A DNA stretch of 64,000 nt, taken from contig CBDANC010000012.1 of assembly GCA_965197425.1 (NCBI GenBank), positions 128,001 through 192,000 on the forward strand, read 5' to 3'. The position numbers and the translations under genes are program-made. Shown piece by piece: positions 9,768-20,244 of this stretch (position 1 is the stretch's first letter; each line of letters opens with the position of its first letter). Source of the stretch: Bdellovibrionales bacterium. Its GTDB lineage: Bacteria > Bdellovibrionota > Bdellovibrionia > Bdellovibrionales > JAUICD01. A model generated the notes under the pieces. That model worked only from the letters and a program-made list of their open reading frames with translations. It had not been told where the DNA came from and did not search any database.

Positions 9768-10768
9768 AATTTGAATATGAAAATGTATTTTATTTGTTAA
9801 TAGTTGCAGCGATTGTCTCTATAGCTTGTTATGCTTATTTAGATAGAAAACAAAAAATAATTTCAAAACATTTTGCTTATTTTAAAGAGCTTACATCTTC
9901 TGTGTTAGCAAGAAGAAGGCTCAAAGTGGCGTTAGAACTTTTGGCTTTAGTATTAGTTATATTTGGATTAGCGAGGCCCCAGATGGGTACTAGAAGTGAA
10001 ATGGTAAAAAAAGCTATAGGTACAGACATAATTTTAGCAATAGATGTTTCAAACAGCATGTTGACAGATGATATGAAGCCTTCCAGATTGGATCTGGCTA
10101 AAAAAACACTGGTTAGAATTACAGAAAGTTTGAAAGAGCATAGAATTGGTATTATTGCTTTTGCTGGTACAGCTACGGTAATATCACCTCTCACAAATGA
10201 TATTTTAGCTCTAAAAATGTACATTGACTCTATTTCTACCACTAGTGTTGATACACAAGGTACCAACTGGATATCAGCGTTGAAACTTGCACACGACAAT
10301 TTTAAACAAAATTCTAAGGACAAAAAAACTGCGGAAACTCCGCTTGTAATTGTACTAATATCAGATGGCGGAATTAACACAAATGATAAAGGCAAGTTTG
10401 ATTTTTTAAAAAAAGACAATATAGTGGTGCATACAATTGGAGTGGGAGGTTTAAGCAAAGTTCCCATTCCCAATTTAGATAAAGGACAACCTCAAGGTTA
10501 TAAAAAAGACTCTAAAGGTGAAATTGTCCTAACCAAAAGGGAAGATGGTTTGTTAAAAGACATTTCAAATGCTACTGATGGCAAACACTATATTGCAAGC
10601 TTTGATGGTAGTGAAATAGACAAACTATCTAACAATTTTAAATTAGGTTTAGGTAGCAAAGAAGATGTTTATTATTCATACAATGAATGGTACCAATATT
10701 TCATTGCCTTAGCATTATTTTTAATTTTACTAGAAGTGTTAATTTCTGATCTTAGGAAAAAAACCTAA
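9764..10768 (+). CDS. batB: BatB-like vWA protein
   Basis: GLARPQMG, DIILAIDVSNSM, PSRL..AK, LISDG. Confidence 0.85.
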   Translation: MKFEYENVFYLLIVAAIVSIACYAYLDRKQKIISKHFAYFKELTSSVLARRRLKVALELLALVLVIFGLARPQMGTRSEMVKKAIGTDIILAIDVSNSMLTDDMKPSRLDLAKKTLVRITESLKEHRIGIIAFAGTATVISPLTNDILALKMYIDSISTTSVDTQGTNWISALKLAHDNFKQNSKDKKTAETPLVIVLISDGGINTNDKGKFDFLKKDNIVVHTIGVGGLSKVPIPNLDKGQPQGYKKDSKGEIVLTKREDGLLKDISNATDGKHYIASFDGSEIDKLSNNFKLGLGSKEDVYYSYNEWYQYFIALALFLILLEVLISDLRKKT

Positions 10769-10836
10769 TGTTTATGTTTGATACTCTAGTATGTTATATT
10801 GACAGTATTAATTAACAATTTTAGTGTAATTAAACC

Positions 10837-11550
10837 GTGGAATTTATAAAAAATAATTTTTATATATTTATTTTTCTGTTTGTATCGACAGTTACAAGCC
10901 CTATAGATGCAAACCTGGCAGATATTATAAAACACAATAAATTATCTAAATCTCTTGATAAAGAGGACTATGAGATAACACCTGAAGATGAGAATCTTAT
11001 CTTTGATTTAATAGAAAAAGATGAAAGTATTATGCAGTATAATTTAGGTGTTTTATATTTAAAGAAAAAACAAATAAACCTGGCTAAAAAGCAGTTTCAA
11101 TATGTAGTAGAAGAGCAAAATAATGCCAGTCCAAAAGCGCGCTTACAGGCTACATTTAACATGGGTGTTATTTTGTCAAAAGAGCAAAGTATAGATGAAG
11201 CCATATCATATTATCAAAAAGTCTTAGACATTGATCCGGAGCATGTGGAGGCAAAACATAATATAGAATTACTTCTCAAACAATCAGGTGGGCAAGAAAA
11301 CAGTCAACCGGATAAACAGGCAGACAAGCAGTCGGGAAATCAGGCAAACGGGCAAGACAAGAACAAAGATACAAATGATACTTCAGGTGATGTGCAAAAA
11401 GATGGTGCTGGCAACAATAATGAAATGTTACCAAATCAAACATTAAGTGATGAGGAAGAAGAAGCCATTTTAAATGAATTAATAAGACAGGAAAATGAAA
11501 TTAGAAAAAGGCAGAGACGCCCTATCAAAAACACTAATAAAGATTGGTAA
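10837..11550 (+). CDS. batC: BatC-like TPR protein
   Basis: YNLG/FNMG TPR helices, AKHNIELL, Q/N/D-rich linker, terminal KDW. Confidence 0.8.
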   Translation: MEFIKNNFYIFIFLFVSTVTSPIDANLADIIKHNKLSKSLDKEDYEITPEDENLIFDLIEKDESIMQYNLGVLYLKKKQINLAKKQFQYVVEEQNNASPKARLQATFNMGVILSKEQSIDEAISYYQKVLDIDPEHVEAKHNIELLLKQSGGQENSQPDKQADKQSGNQANGQDKNKDTNDTSGDVQKDGAGNNNEMLPNQTLSDEEEEAILNELIRQENEIRKRQRRPIKNTNKDW

Positions 11551-11555
11551 ATAGA

Positions 11556-13244
11556 ATGGCAAAATATTTATTTCTAATAATTTTAAGTGTTACGCACGCA
11601 AATGATATAAATGTAGAAGCTAAAGTTATAAATAACTATGTAAGACCTGGAGACAAAGTTCATTATGACATAACTATAAAGTATAAAGATAGCGAAATAA
11701 CTATAGAAGAACCTACAGTAAGTAATATGGAAGGTTTGACCTTAGAACAGGAACACACAAGTTCTGGATCACATACAAGTATTATCAACGGTGCTTTTAA
11801 CTCACAAAAAACCAAAACTTTTTCATATACATTTGGCACAAATAAAGAAGGAAAATTTACAATACCTTCATACGAAGTTTTGGCTGATAACAAACCATTC
11901 TTCACAGATGAGATAGAAATTAATGTGTCAAATAGTGCTCCTCAAAAAAGCAATAGATTTTTTAATCAACCCTTTTTTCAAGATTTTTTTGATAATGAAA
12001 ACAAACTCTTTAACCTCTTTAGAGACAATGAAATAGAAGAAGATGAAATTTTTATCAGGGCTCAAACTGATAAAACAAATGTCTATATAGGCGAAAGGGT
12101 ACAGGCTTCTTGGTATTTATACACAACACAAAATGTTCATAACATATCTCATTTAAAACACCCTACCCTCGAGGGATTTTGGAAAGAAGATATAGAAATA
12201 CCAACAAAACTCAGTTTTCAACAAGAAGTTATAAATAATAAAAGATATAACAAGGCACTTTTGTTTAGATATGATCTTTTTCCTCTTAAAACAGGTGAGC
12301 TTTATATAGATGAATATAGAGCAAGATATACAATGTTTTTTCAAAAAAAATATGTAAGAGAAAGTGAAAAAATAAAAATTAATGTTTCAAAACTACCACA
12401 AGAAGGAAAACCAGATGGATTCAATAACACTGTAGGTGAATATAATATTCACCTAAAAAGAATGCCAAGTCAGGTGGAAACTAACACACCTTTTAACTAT
12501 ACAATTGTAATCGATGGTTATGGAAATATAAATAAACTAACATTACCAGATATAAACTTTCAGCCACTAAAAGTATATGATGCCCTCGAAAATGCTCATT
12601 ACGAAACGAGAGCCCCTGATCAAGGAAGAGGATTTAAGGAGTTTGAACACCTGCTTATAGCACAAAAAAAAGGAAAGTATATTCTGCCTGAAATACAATT
12701 TAGTTTCTTTAGCCCTAAACAAAAAAAATACATAACACAATCAATTCCATCTGTAGAGCTAATTGCAACAGGAGAAGATTTTGTTAAAACTTACGAAGAT
12801 GAAACTGACAGACCAAATGAATTACCTTACTTTGAAACCTCAATTGGCAATAACTGGTTTGATAATAAATATGTAACAATACTCCTTGCTATGATTTTGT
12901 TCGTGTTTGTATTAACAAAAAGCTTAATAGCACCAAAAAAACCAATCTCTACAACAATCCTTGATAAAATAAAAAAATTAGCTAACACAAAAGAACCGGA
13001 TAGACTATCAGTTTTAGCTTTAGATATAATATCTCACCTCTTAAGAGAAATAACAGGTTCAAATAATCCCATAAACTCAGAGCTTGTGCAACTTATCCCC
13101 ATTTCAAAAAAGCATCTAAAACCTAAGTTTAAAGAATTAATATTCTATTTTGAAAAACTAGCGTTTTTTACCAATCCTAATGTGGAATTGAAAGAATTAA
13201 ATAAAAATATAAAACTATTAATAGCTCTAAGCAAATTAATCTAA
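11556..13244 (+). CDS. batD: BatD-like protein
   Basis: Signal peptide, repeated beta-rich BatD domains (KTNVYIGE, LPQEGKPDGF..VG), C-terminal TM. Confidence 0.82.
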   Translation: MAKYLFLIILSVTHANDINVEAKVINNYVRPGDKVHYDITIKYKDSEITIEEPTVSNMEGLTLEQEHTSSGSHTSIINGAFNSQKTKTFSYTFGTNKEGKFTIPSYEVLADNKPFFTDEIEINVSNSAPQKSNRFFNQPFFQDFFDNENKLFNLFRDNEIEEDEIFIRAQTDKTNVYIGERVQASWYLYTTQNVHNISHLKHPTLEGFWKEDIEIPTKLSFQQEVINNKRYNKALLFRYDLFPLKTGELYIDEYRARYTMFFQKKYVRESEKIKINVSKLPQEGKPDGFNNTVGEYNIHLKRMPSQVETNTPFNYTIVIDGYGNINKLTLPDINFQPLKVYDALENAHYETRAPDQGRGFKEFEHLLIAQKKGKYILPEIQFSFFSPKQKKYITQSIPSVELIATGEDFVKTYEDETDRPNELPYFETSIGNNWFDNKYVTILLAMILFVFVLTKSLIAPKKPISTTILDKIKKLANTKEPDRLSVLALDIISHLLREITGSNNPINSELVQLIPISKKHLKPKFKELIFYFEKLAFFTNPNVELKELNKNIKLLIALSKLI

Positions 13245-14207
13245 ATCTACCGTTTTTATAAATTCCAACATATGACTATGCCAATTACATTCAAAAGACA
13301 TTTCAAAAACTTTAGTTGGATGAGCAAATCTTATATACGCAGAATGAAGGGCTATTTGAGATAAACCTTCTATTAAGGCTTGTATGTCTTTATCTTTTAC
13401 TTTTCTTTTACCAGCATATACTCTATCCCCTACTACGGGATACCCCACCTCGGACAAATGTACTCTGATTTGATGCGTTCTACCTGTCTCCAACTTTAGT
13501 TTAAGTAATGACAATTCGTCTCTTGTCTTTAAAACTTCATAATTGGTTATGGCAAGTTTACCTTTACCACTTAATTTATCATTATCTGATTTAAAAATTT
13601 TTCTGTTTCCAGGGTGTCTTATTAGCCTTGATTCAATTCTACCCACTTTATTTTTTGGTTCACCGTAAACTAAGGCAAGATAGTGCCTCAAAATAGTTCT
13701 CTTCTCAAATTGTCTTGCTAAACTTATATGAGACTTATCATTTTTAGCTACCAATAAAAGCCCACTTGTATCTTTATCCAACCTATGTACAATCCCAGGC
13801 CTTGTGCTAATAGATCCAGAAGATAAACTTTTTTTGTGATAAATAAGTGCATTAACCAATGTATCTGAAACATGGCCTGCCCCCGGATGTACCACAAGTC
13901 CACCTGGCTTGTTAATAATCATCAAATCATCATCTTCAAACAAAATATTTAAGTCTATTTTGTATGGTTCTAAATATTCGTCGTGACTACTTTGATCTAA
14001 AAAATTAATATCAAAACGATCACCCTGAACTACTCTGTAAGAAGCCTTACAGATTTTGCCATTGACCAACACCAATTTGTTTTTAAATAAGCTTAAGGCC
14101 TTTGATCTAGAATCAAAGGGTGCATTTTCATACACAAACACATCTGCTCTTAAACCAGTGTCTTGCTCTGAGACCACAACACTAATACTACGATTTGTGC
14201 TATTCAC
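13236..14207 (-). CDS. rluD: RluA-family 23S rRNA pseudouridine synthase
   Basis: S4 domain; INKPGGLVVHPG, RPGIVHRLDKDTSGL, LETGRTHQIRVH. Confidence 0.93.
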   Translation of the reverse strand: MNSTNRSISVVVSEQDTGLRADVFVYENAPFDSRSKALSLFKNKLVLVNGKICKASYRVVQGDRFDINFLDQSSHDEYLEPYKIDLNILFEDDDLMIINKPGGLVVHPGAGHVSDTLVNALIYHKKSLSSGSISTRPGIVHRLDKDTSGLLLVAKNDKSHISLARQFEKRTILRHYLALVYGEPKNKVGRIESRLIRHPGNRKIFKSDNDKLSGKGKLAITNYEVLKTRDELSLLKLKLETGRTHQIRVHLSEVGYPVVGDRVYAGKRKVKDKDIQALIEGLSQIALHSAYIRFAHPTKVFEMSFECNWHSHMLEFIKTVDLD

Positions 14208-14210
14208 TAA

Positions 14211-14771
14211 TTATCCAGAACTAGATGCTTTTATGATCATATAAGAAGCTACAACTTTTTTTGAATCCAAGTTTAACGCCTTCGCATACTGATGCAAAAA
14301 ACCTCTTAAATAAATGTTAGTAGAAGGAAGTTTATTGTATTCATGATTTTCAATTGCCTCTAAAAATTCTTTTTTTATTTTGGTAAAATCCGACAATTCA
14401 TTAAGAGTAATATTTTTGTATGTTCTTATAAGTTTTAAAAACTTACCATCGAACTCAGCTTGACACTCTATTTTGTGTTCAAAATCAAAATCTCTTTTAT
14501 ACTTGCTTTTTAAAAAATCTCCTTTCTTTTTAAACCTAAGTGTCTCATAGGCTTCGCAGACAAGTTTTGATAATTCATCGATTTCATCTAAAGTTAAAAA
14601 CTCACGCAAATAAATGTTATTCCTTGTATAAATACTCCTAGCATTTTTATACGCAAGTTCTATTTCATAATCAGATGCCCCCACAGATATATCTAAAATA
14701 TCCAGATACATCTTTGCTAGCTTAGATGTAGTGTTAGGTGGTTTGTGATCTGTAAATATTAAAGCTTCCAT
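14211..14771 (-). CDS. J-like domain fused to XRE/RodZ-type helix-turn-helix
   Basis: YLDILDI..AS..EI..AY N-terminus without HPD; GKFLKLIR..KNITL.ELSDFTKI....LEAIE....LP..YLRGFL..YAKALNLD. Confidence 0.75.
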   Translation of the reverse strand: MEALIFTDHKPPNTTSKLAKMYLDILDISVGASDYEIELAYKNARSIYTRNNIYLREFLTLDEIDELSKLVCEAYETLRFKKKGDFLKSKYKRDFDFEHKIECQAEFDGKFLKLIRTYKNITLNELSDFTKIKKEFLEAIENHEYNKLPSTNIYLRGFLHQYAKALNLDSKKVVASYMIIKASSSG

Positions 14772-14830
14772 AGCAAAATATTAATGCCCTATGGTTACAT
14801 GTGTTAAGCACATTCTCAAGCAAACTTACC

Positions 14831-14874
14831 AAGGTCTTGCTCAGTTTCTTACCACTGATGCCGATCCTGTTACA
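14831..14874 (+). repeat. Internally deleted family-A repeat
   Basis: aaggtc joined directly to ttgctcag...cactgatgccgatcctgttaca; abuts the tsaB stop codon. Confidence 0.65.
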
Positions 14875-15561
14875 CTAAGGTCTAAACTTCTCTTCAGCAG
14901 AAGAAGCCCTTAAATATAAAGGCTCTGCATCGGTCCAAGAAACGAAACTATGTCCTCTCTCGTTAGAAGCTAAGCTTATTAAGGTTTCAGATGATGGATA
15001 CAGCTTTAACTGTTCAAAATTCTGGTAGCCTTCTAATATAAAATCATAAGAGCTTATCAAAATACCGTCCTGTAAACTTAACTCTGAGTCTAACCTAGAC
15101 TGAGACACCACACACGGGCTGATGACTTCTTCTAATTCAGGATGTTTTTTATCTACACTCAAATTATCACCTGATTTCTTTAGTAATTTATATTTTCCAA
15201 AGAAAAATTTTCCGGTAAATGCATTTTGCACAACATAGACATAACCAGAAGCGGTATTATAGTTAATCTGATTTGCTAAGAGTTTTATAGAACTACATAA
15301 ATACATTTGTAAATTATGTGAATAAGCTAATGTTCTAGCAGACCCCAATGCTACCCTTATACCTGTAAAACTACCAGGGCCTACATCCACTGCTATCAAA
15401 TCAATAGTAGAAAAATCACTTTTTAAACATTCATCCAAAGCTTTGGTAATACTCTCACTATGAGTTTTTGGGCTAGACCAAGAGACGGTTCTAATATCAT
15501 GGTTTAGCGAGAAACTAACACTTCCAACGCTTTCAGAACAAGTTATAGAAAGAATATTCAT
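14875..15561 (-). CDS. tsaB: t6A biosynthesis protein TsaB
   Basis: HSE.I, IAVDVGPGSFTGIRV, EPLYLR. Confidence 0.92.
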   Translation of the reverse strand: MNILSITCSESVGSVSFSLNHDIRTVSWSSPKTHSESITKALDECLKSDFSTIDLIAVDVGPGSFTGIRVALGSARTLAYSHNLQMYLCSSIKLLANQINYNTASGYVYVVQNAFTGKFFFGKYKLLKKSGDNLSVDKKHPELEEVISPCVVSQSRLDSELSLQDGILISSYDFILEGYQNFEQLKLYPSSETLISLASNERGHSFVSWTDAEPLYLRASSAEEKFRP

Positions 15562-15606
15562 CCCATACTCTCAAGCTTTAGCTATTTTGAAATTTTATAA
15601 AAACAG

Positions 15607-17271
15607 CTATTCGACAATTCTAGAAATATCATTAAAAATTGCAAAAGCCATTAAAGCTAGCAGGATAACCAAACCAATTTGCTGAGCAATCTCTAATTTT
15701 TTCATACTAACAGGAGTACCTCTCAAGGCTTCAATACTAAAAAACAACAAGTGACCACCATCTAATATAGGTACTGGTAGCATATTTATGACAAACAAGT
15801 TTATAGATATTATAGCCATTATTTTTAAAAAGTGATCCAACCCCATTTGAAATGTACGACTGGCAAGTTGCCCTATCATAATAGGACCACCTATTGCTCT
15901 AGCAGAAACCTTTTTTTGAACTAACTTAACAAAACTAAGTATGGTGAGTTTTGTCCATTTCCAAGTATCGGTAAACCCTTTCACTAACGCTTTAACAGGA
16001 TTTAAAGTTTTAACTAGTACAAATTTATCAGCAGCCAAGGCACCACCACCCATAACTCCAATTACAAAAGTTTCTTCCTTCGCTCCTGTTCTAGTAGTTT
16101 GATTCTTAGACTTAGCTTCAAGTTCAAACTTTTCAACATTACCATCTCTTAAAACTTCAATCGCTATAGGCTTGCCATCAAATTTTTGTATGTTCCCCAC
16201 CATATCAGACCATTTAGCAATATCTTGTCCATTCACACTTACTACCTTATCACCAGCTTGCAAACCAGAAGCACTAGCAGGAAGCCCCTCTACTACTTCA
16301 AATAAATATAACTCTGCACTTTCAATCCCTATACTTGCTACAGTTATAGGATAAATAGAAGGATCAACAGATACACTTTGTTCTACTTCCTTTCCATCTA
16401 TTGATCTTACATAATCTATATTTAATGTTGCTCCAGATTCAATTTTAGAAAGCTCTGACTCTAATTCATACCACCTTTCAATAGGCTTAGAATTAATAGC
16501 AGCAACCCGATCCAAACTCCTAAGCCCAGCCTGATCTGCAATTGAATTGGAGGTAACACCAACTTTGGCAAGTTTAGCTGTAAAACCTAATCCTTCAATA
16601 TCGCCTACCATTTCTTTTGAACTTAGGATATTAGGATTTTCAACCAAACTAGTAGTAGCAACTAAACTTTCTTCTAAATCAGAATCGTGCCGTTTTACAA
16701 CAAAAGTTAACTCGTCTGATTCTGTTGCCTCAATAACAGTTTTGACCTCTTCCCAAGTTGCAACATTTTTATCAGTGGCTTGGCCATCATTTACGGATAG
16801 AATAGTATCACCACTTCTAAAACCACTTTCATAAGCTTTACTACCCCGAGCTATATCTCCAACGATAGGACCTACAAAACTTTCTCCCAAAAAAGCAATC
16901 ATCATAAATAAAAATACAGCGAAGAACACATTCATAAGAGGACCAGCTAATACAATAGCAATCCTGTGTCCCACAGGCTTTAGCAAAAAAGCCTTGTCCT
17001 TATCTTTTTCAGGAATATTGTTAAAGTCATCACCATACATCTTGATATAACCACCAAGAGGAACAAGTGAAACACAATAGTTGGTATCACCTCTTTTAAA
17101 CTGCAGAATCTTCTTTCCAAAACCTAGACTAAATACCTCGACTCTTACACCATAATACTTGGCTACTAAAAAGTGACCTAATTCATGCACAAAAATCAAT
17201 AGGCCTAACAAAATCACCAGAGGCAAAATAAATGAAGCCCCCCCAAGTAGTAAATTAATTAACCATTCCAT
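15607..17271 (-). CDS. rseP: RIP metalloprotease RseP with three PDZ domains
   Basis: HELGH, FSLGFG, PLGGY, AGPLMN, NMLPVPILDGG. Confidence 0.95.
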   Translation of the reverse strand: MEWLINLLLGGASFILPLVILLGLLIFVHELGHFLVAKYYGVRVEVFSLGFGKKILQFKRGDTNYCVSLVPLGGYIKMYGDDFNNIPEKDKDKAFLLKPVGHRIAIVLAGPLMNVFFAVFLFMMIAFLGESFVGPIVGDIARGSKAYESGFRSGDTILSVNDGQATDKNVATWEEVKTVIEATESDELTFVVKRHDSDLEESLVATTSLVENPNILSSKEMVGDIEGLGFTAKLAKVGVTSNSIADQAGLRSLDRVAAINSKPIERWYELESELSKIESGATLNIDYVRSIDGKEVEQSVSVDPSIYPITVASIGIESAELYLFEVVEGLPASASGLQAGDKVVSVNGQDIAKWSDMVGNIQKFDGKPIAIEVLRDGNVEKFELEAKSKNQTTRTGAKEETFVIGVMGGGALAADKFVLVKTLNPVKALVKGFTDTWKWTKLTILSFVKLVQKKVSARAIGGPIMIGQLASRTFQMGLDHFLKIMAIISINLFVINMLPVPILDGGHLLFFSIEALRGTPVSMKKLEIAQQIGLVILLALMAFAIFNDISRIVE

Positions 17272-17324
17272 AGCTAAAAACCCCTATCCTCTCTAATACA
17301 GATAAAAAGACTAACTCTAACCAA

Positions 17325-18149
17325 TCAAGTATGCAAGCTAGTTATCAGCCAAAACATAACAGGAATGGATAACAATAAACTATCTATCCTATCCAACATA
17401 CCACCATGACCAGGTAATATACGACCAGAATCCTTGATCCTAGCATCTCTTTTAATAAGAGACTCAAATAAATCTCCAATCTGACCAACAACACCACACA
17501 TAATACAAACTAATAAAAACAACCAAAATTCAACTTGCAACTTGAGTACAACATAACAAAAAACTCCAGCGAATATACTACCAAAAAAACCACCAAAAAA
17601 ACCTTCCCAAGACTTATTAGGAGAAATAATTACAGAAATCTTGTGCTTCCCCCACTTTGTTCCGGAAAAGTAAGCCACAATGTCGTACATAAGAGTAACG
17701 CATGCAAGTGTAAAACACCATTTCAATCCATCTACACCATTTAGTATTTTTATAAAAAAGTATGTAGGAAAACCAATGTATAAAACACCAAAGAAAAAAC
17801 TCATTATATCAAATACAGCCTTGTCCAGTTTACCTACTCTGGTAACCTTGAAGAGAAAGCCAATCAAATGCACAACATAGATTGATACTATAAGAGAAAA
17901 CCAAAGTTTATTCCCAATTACATCCTGAATAACAATCAACAAAATTGCCAGAATAAATAAAGCCTTCATAAAATGATCGATAAAACTATTACTTGGAGCA
18001 AAGGTTATTTTTGCAAACTCAATAGATGCTATTACACTGATTAAAACTAGGCTTAAACCTAAACCAAAAACCCCTAAAGTCAGATAAAATAAGGTCAACA
18101 CCACTAGCAACGAAGTTGCAGAAATTATTCTAACTTTCGTGATGTTCAC
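17325..18149 (-). CDS. cdsA: Phosphatidate cytidylyltransferase
   Basis: SPNKSWEG, GDLFESLIKRD..IKDSG.ILPGHGGMLDRIDS. Confidence 0.95.
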   Translation of the reverse strand: MNITKVRIISATSLLVVLTLFYLTLGVFGLGLSLVLISVIASIEFAKITFAPSNSFIDHFMKALFILAILLIVIQDVIGNKLWFSLIVSIYVVHLIGFLFKVTRVGKLDKAVFDIMSFFFGVLYIGFPTYFFIKILNGVDGLKWCFTLACVTLMYDIVAYFSGTKWGKHKISVIISPNKSWEGFFGGFFGSIFAGVFCYVVLKLQVEFWLFLLVCIMCGVVGQIGDLFESLIKRDARIKDSGRILPGHGGMLDRIDSLLLSIPVMFWLITSLHT

Positions 18150-18831
18150 CTAAACCCCACTTTCTATCTCTAGCCTGAAACCAGGATATAGTATTATCTA
18201 AATCTTCTTTTGTAAATTCTGGCCACATCTTTTTGCAAAAAAAAATTTCAGCATATGTCGACTGCCAAAGCAAAAAATTAGACAACCTTTGCTCCCCACC
18301 TGTTCTAATTATCAGATCGGGATCAGGTAAATTATGTGTATATAAAAAACTGGAAAATAAACTCTCATCTAACTTAGTAACATTAACTGAACTCTTAAAT
18401 AAATTTTTTATAGCGTGTACAATTTCTTCTCTAGCACCATAATTGAGTGCTAAAGTTAAGGTAACCCCAGTATTGTTACAAGTTTTCTCTAAAGCTTGTT
18501 CAATCTTTTGTTTTATTTTTTCTTCAAACTTTTCTACATTACCTATAGTATTTAATTTTATATTGTGTTTCATCAAAGTATCTATCTCATGGGTTAAGTA
18601 ATGCTCCAGTATACTCATTAACACCTTTAGCTCACTTTTTTGTCTCCCCCAATTTTCAGTGCTAAAAGCATAAAGAGTTATGTAGGGTATTTTGCGATCA
18701 AAAGCCAATTCCATTACATCTTTAATGGAAGAGGCCCCCTTGGTGTAGCCTTCCATATAAGACAGACTATTTTTTTTAGCCCACCTTCTATTACCATCCA
18801 TTATGATTGCGATATGCTTTAGACAGTTCAA
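18130..18831 (-). CDS. uppS: Undecaprenyl diphosphate synthase
   Basis: HIAIIMDGNRRWA, YAFSTENW, PDLIIRTGGEQRLSNFLLWQ. Confidence 0.97.
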   Translation of the reverse strand: MNCLKHIAIIMDGNRRWAKKNSLSYMEGYTKGASSIKDVMELAFDRKIPYITLYAFSTENWGRQKSELKVLMSILEHYLTHEIDTLMKHNIKLNTIGNVEKFEEKIKQKIEQALEKTCNNTGVTLTLALNYGAREEIVHAIKNLFKSSVNVTKLDESLFSSFLYTHNLPDPDLIIRTGGEQRLSNFLLWQSTYAEIFFCKKMWPEFTKEDLDNTISWFQARDRKWGLGEHHES

Positions 18832-18857
18832 TGGATATGTCCTTTATGATCTAAAAA

Positions 18858-19406
18858 CTAGATCGTCATTAGCTCTTTTTCTTTTTTCTGGTACAGATCA
18901 TCAATTATTTTTATAAACTCATCTGTGAGTTCCTGTTGCTTGCTTTGCATAGTATGGCCTTCGTCTTCACTCAAACTTTTATCCTTTATGCTGGCTTTTA
19001 TTTTTTCATTAGCATCTCTTCTATACTGTCTAATTTTAATTTTTGAATCCTCAACCATCTTACCAACTTGTTTAACTATCTCTTGTCTCCTGTCTTCGGT
19101 AAGGTTAGGTAGCTTTAAGCGTATGACCTTTCCATCGTTTATTGGAGCTATAGAAAGGTTACTGCTCACAATAGCAGCCTCAATATCCTTCAATGCGGAT
19201 TTTTCCCAAGGAGTTATTAAAAAAGACTTTGGATCTGGGCAAGTTATATTAGCCACCTGATTTAAAGGAGTGGGAGATCCATAGTAATTTACCGTAATAC
19301 CATCCAACATACTAACTGTAGCCTTCCCAGTTCTGACTTTAGACATCTTGGTTTTAAGATTATCTACTACAGATTGCATCAACGACTTAGTTTCAGACTC
19401 TAACAT
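18858..19406 (-). CDS. frr: Ribosome recycling factor
   Basis: RTGKA, YYGSPTPLNQVA, P.LTEDRR, RRDAN, KEKELM. Confidence 0.96.
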   Translation of the reverse strand: MLESETKSLMQSVVDNLKTKMSKVRTGKATVSMLDGITVNYYGSPTPLNQVANITCPDPKSFLITPWEKSALKDIEAAIVSSNLSIAPINDGKVIRLKLPNLTEDRRQEIVKQVGKMVEDSKIKIRQYRRDANEKIKASIKDKSLSEDEGHTMQSKQQELTDEFIKIIDDLYQKKEKELMTI

Positions 19407-19435
19407 TACACTCTACTCCCTTTCATCTTGACCTC

Positions 19436-20155
19436 TTACTTTATAATTGTACCTAAGGACTCCCCTTTTAACACTCTAGCAATATTACCCTTTTGTTTTA
19501 TGTTAAAAATAATAATGGGAAGTTTGTTATCCATACAAAGTGTAATAGCAGTGGCATCCATTACCTTTAGCCCCTGCTTAACCACATAGTCATGTGATAT
19601 CTCTTTGTACATTTTTGAATTTTTATCTTTGAGTGGATCTTTGTCATATATACCATCAACTTTAGTACCTTTTAAAACTACATCTGCACCAATCTCCATA
19701 GCTCTCAGAGATGCTGCAGTATCTGTACTAAAATATGGATTCCCGGTGCCAGCAGCGAATAACACAATTCTGCCCTTTTCTAAATGTCTGATAGCCCTTC
19801 TTCTAATATAAGGTTCTGATATTTCTGTCATGGTAATAGCTGATTGAATACGAGTTTGAATACCCTTGCTCTCTAAGGAACTTTGTATTGCAATGGCATT
19901 TATACAAGTGCCCACCATACCCATGTAATCAGCATCAACTTGATTCATTCCAGTGTGAGAAATAGTGCGGCCCCTACAAATATTGCCACCACCTATAACC
20001 ACTGCAATTTGTACACCTAAATTGTAAGCTTCTATGATATCATCAGTGATTTTTGACAAAATTTTATCATCGATAACATGAGCACCGCCATCAGCTAAAA
20101 TCTCACCACTTACCTTTAACAAAATCCTTTTATAACTTGCCAAAATTAACTCCAA
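19436..20155 (-). CDS. pyrH: Uridylate kinase
   Basis: [31 protein letters not shown]. Confidence 0.97.
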   Translation of the reverse strand: MELILASYKRILLKVSGEILADGGAHVIDDKILSKITDDIIEAYNLGVQIAVVIGGGNICRGRTISHTGMNQVDADYMGMVGTCINAIAIQSSLESKGIQTRIQSAITMTEISEPYIRRRAIRHLEKGRIVLFAAGTGNPYFSTDTAASLRAMEIGADVVLKGTKVDGIYDKDPLKDKNSKMYKEISHDYVVKQGLKVMDATAITLCMDNKLPIIIFNIKQKGNIARVLKGESLGTIIK

Positions 20156-20244
20156 TACTGATTAAGCATTGCAACCAAACTAGCAGAGCTAGTTTTTTGT
20201 CACATTCTTTTAAAATCTTTAAACCAATCGTTAAGTCCTAACTT

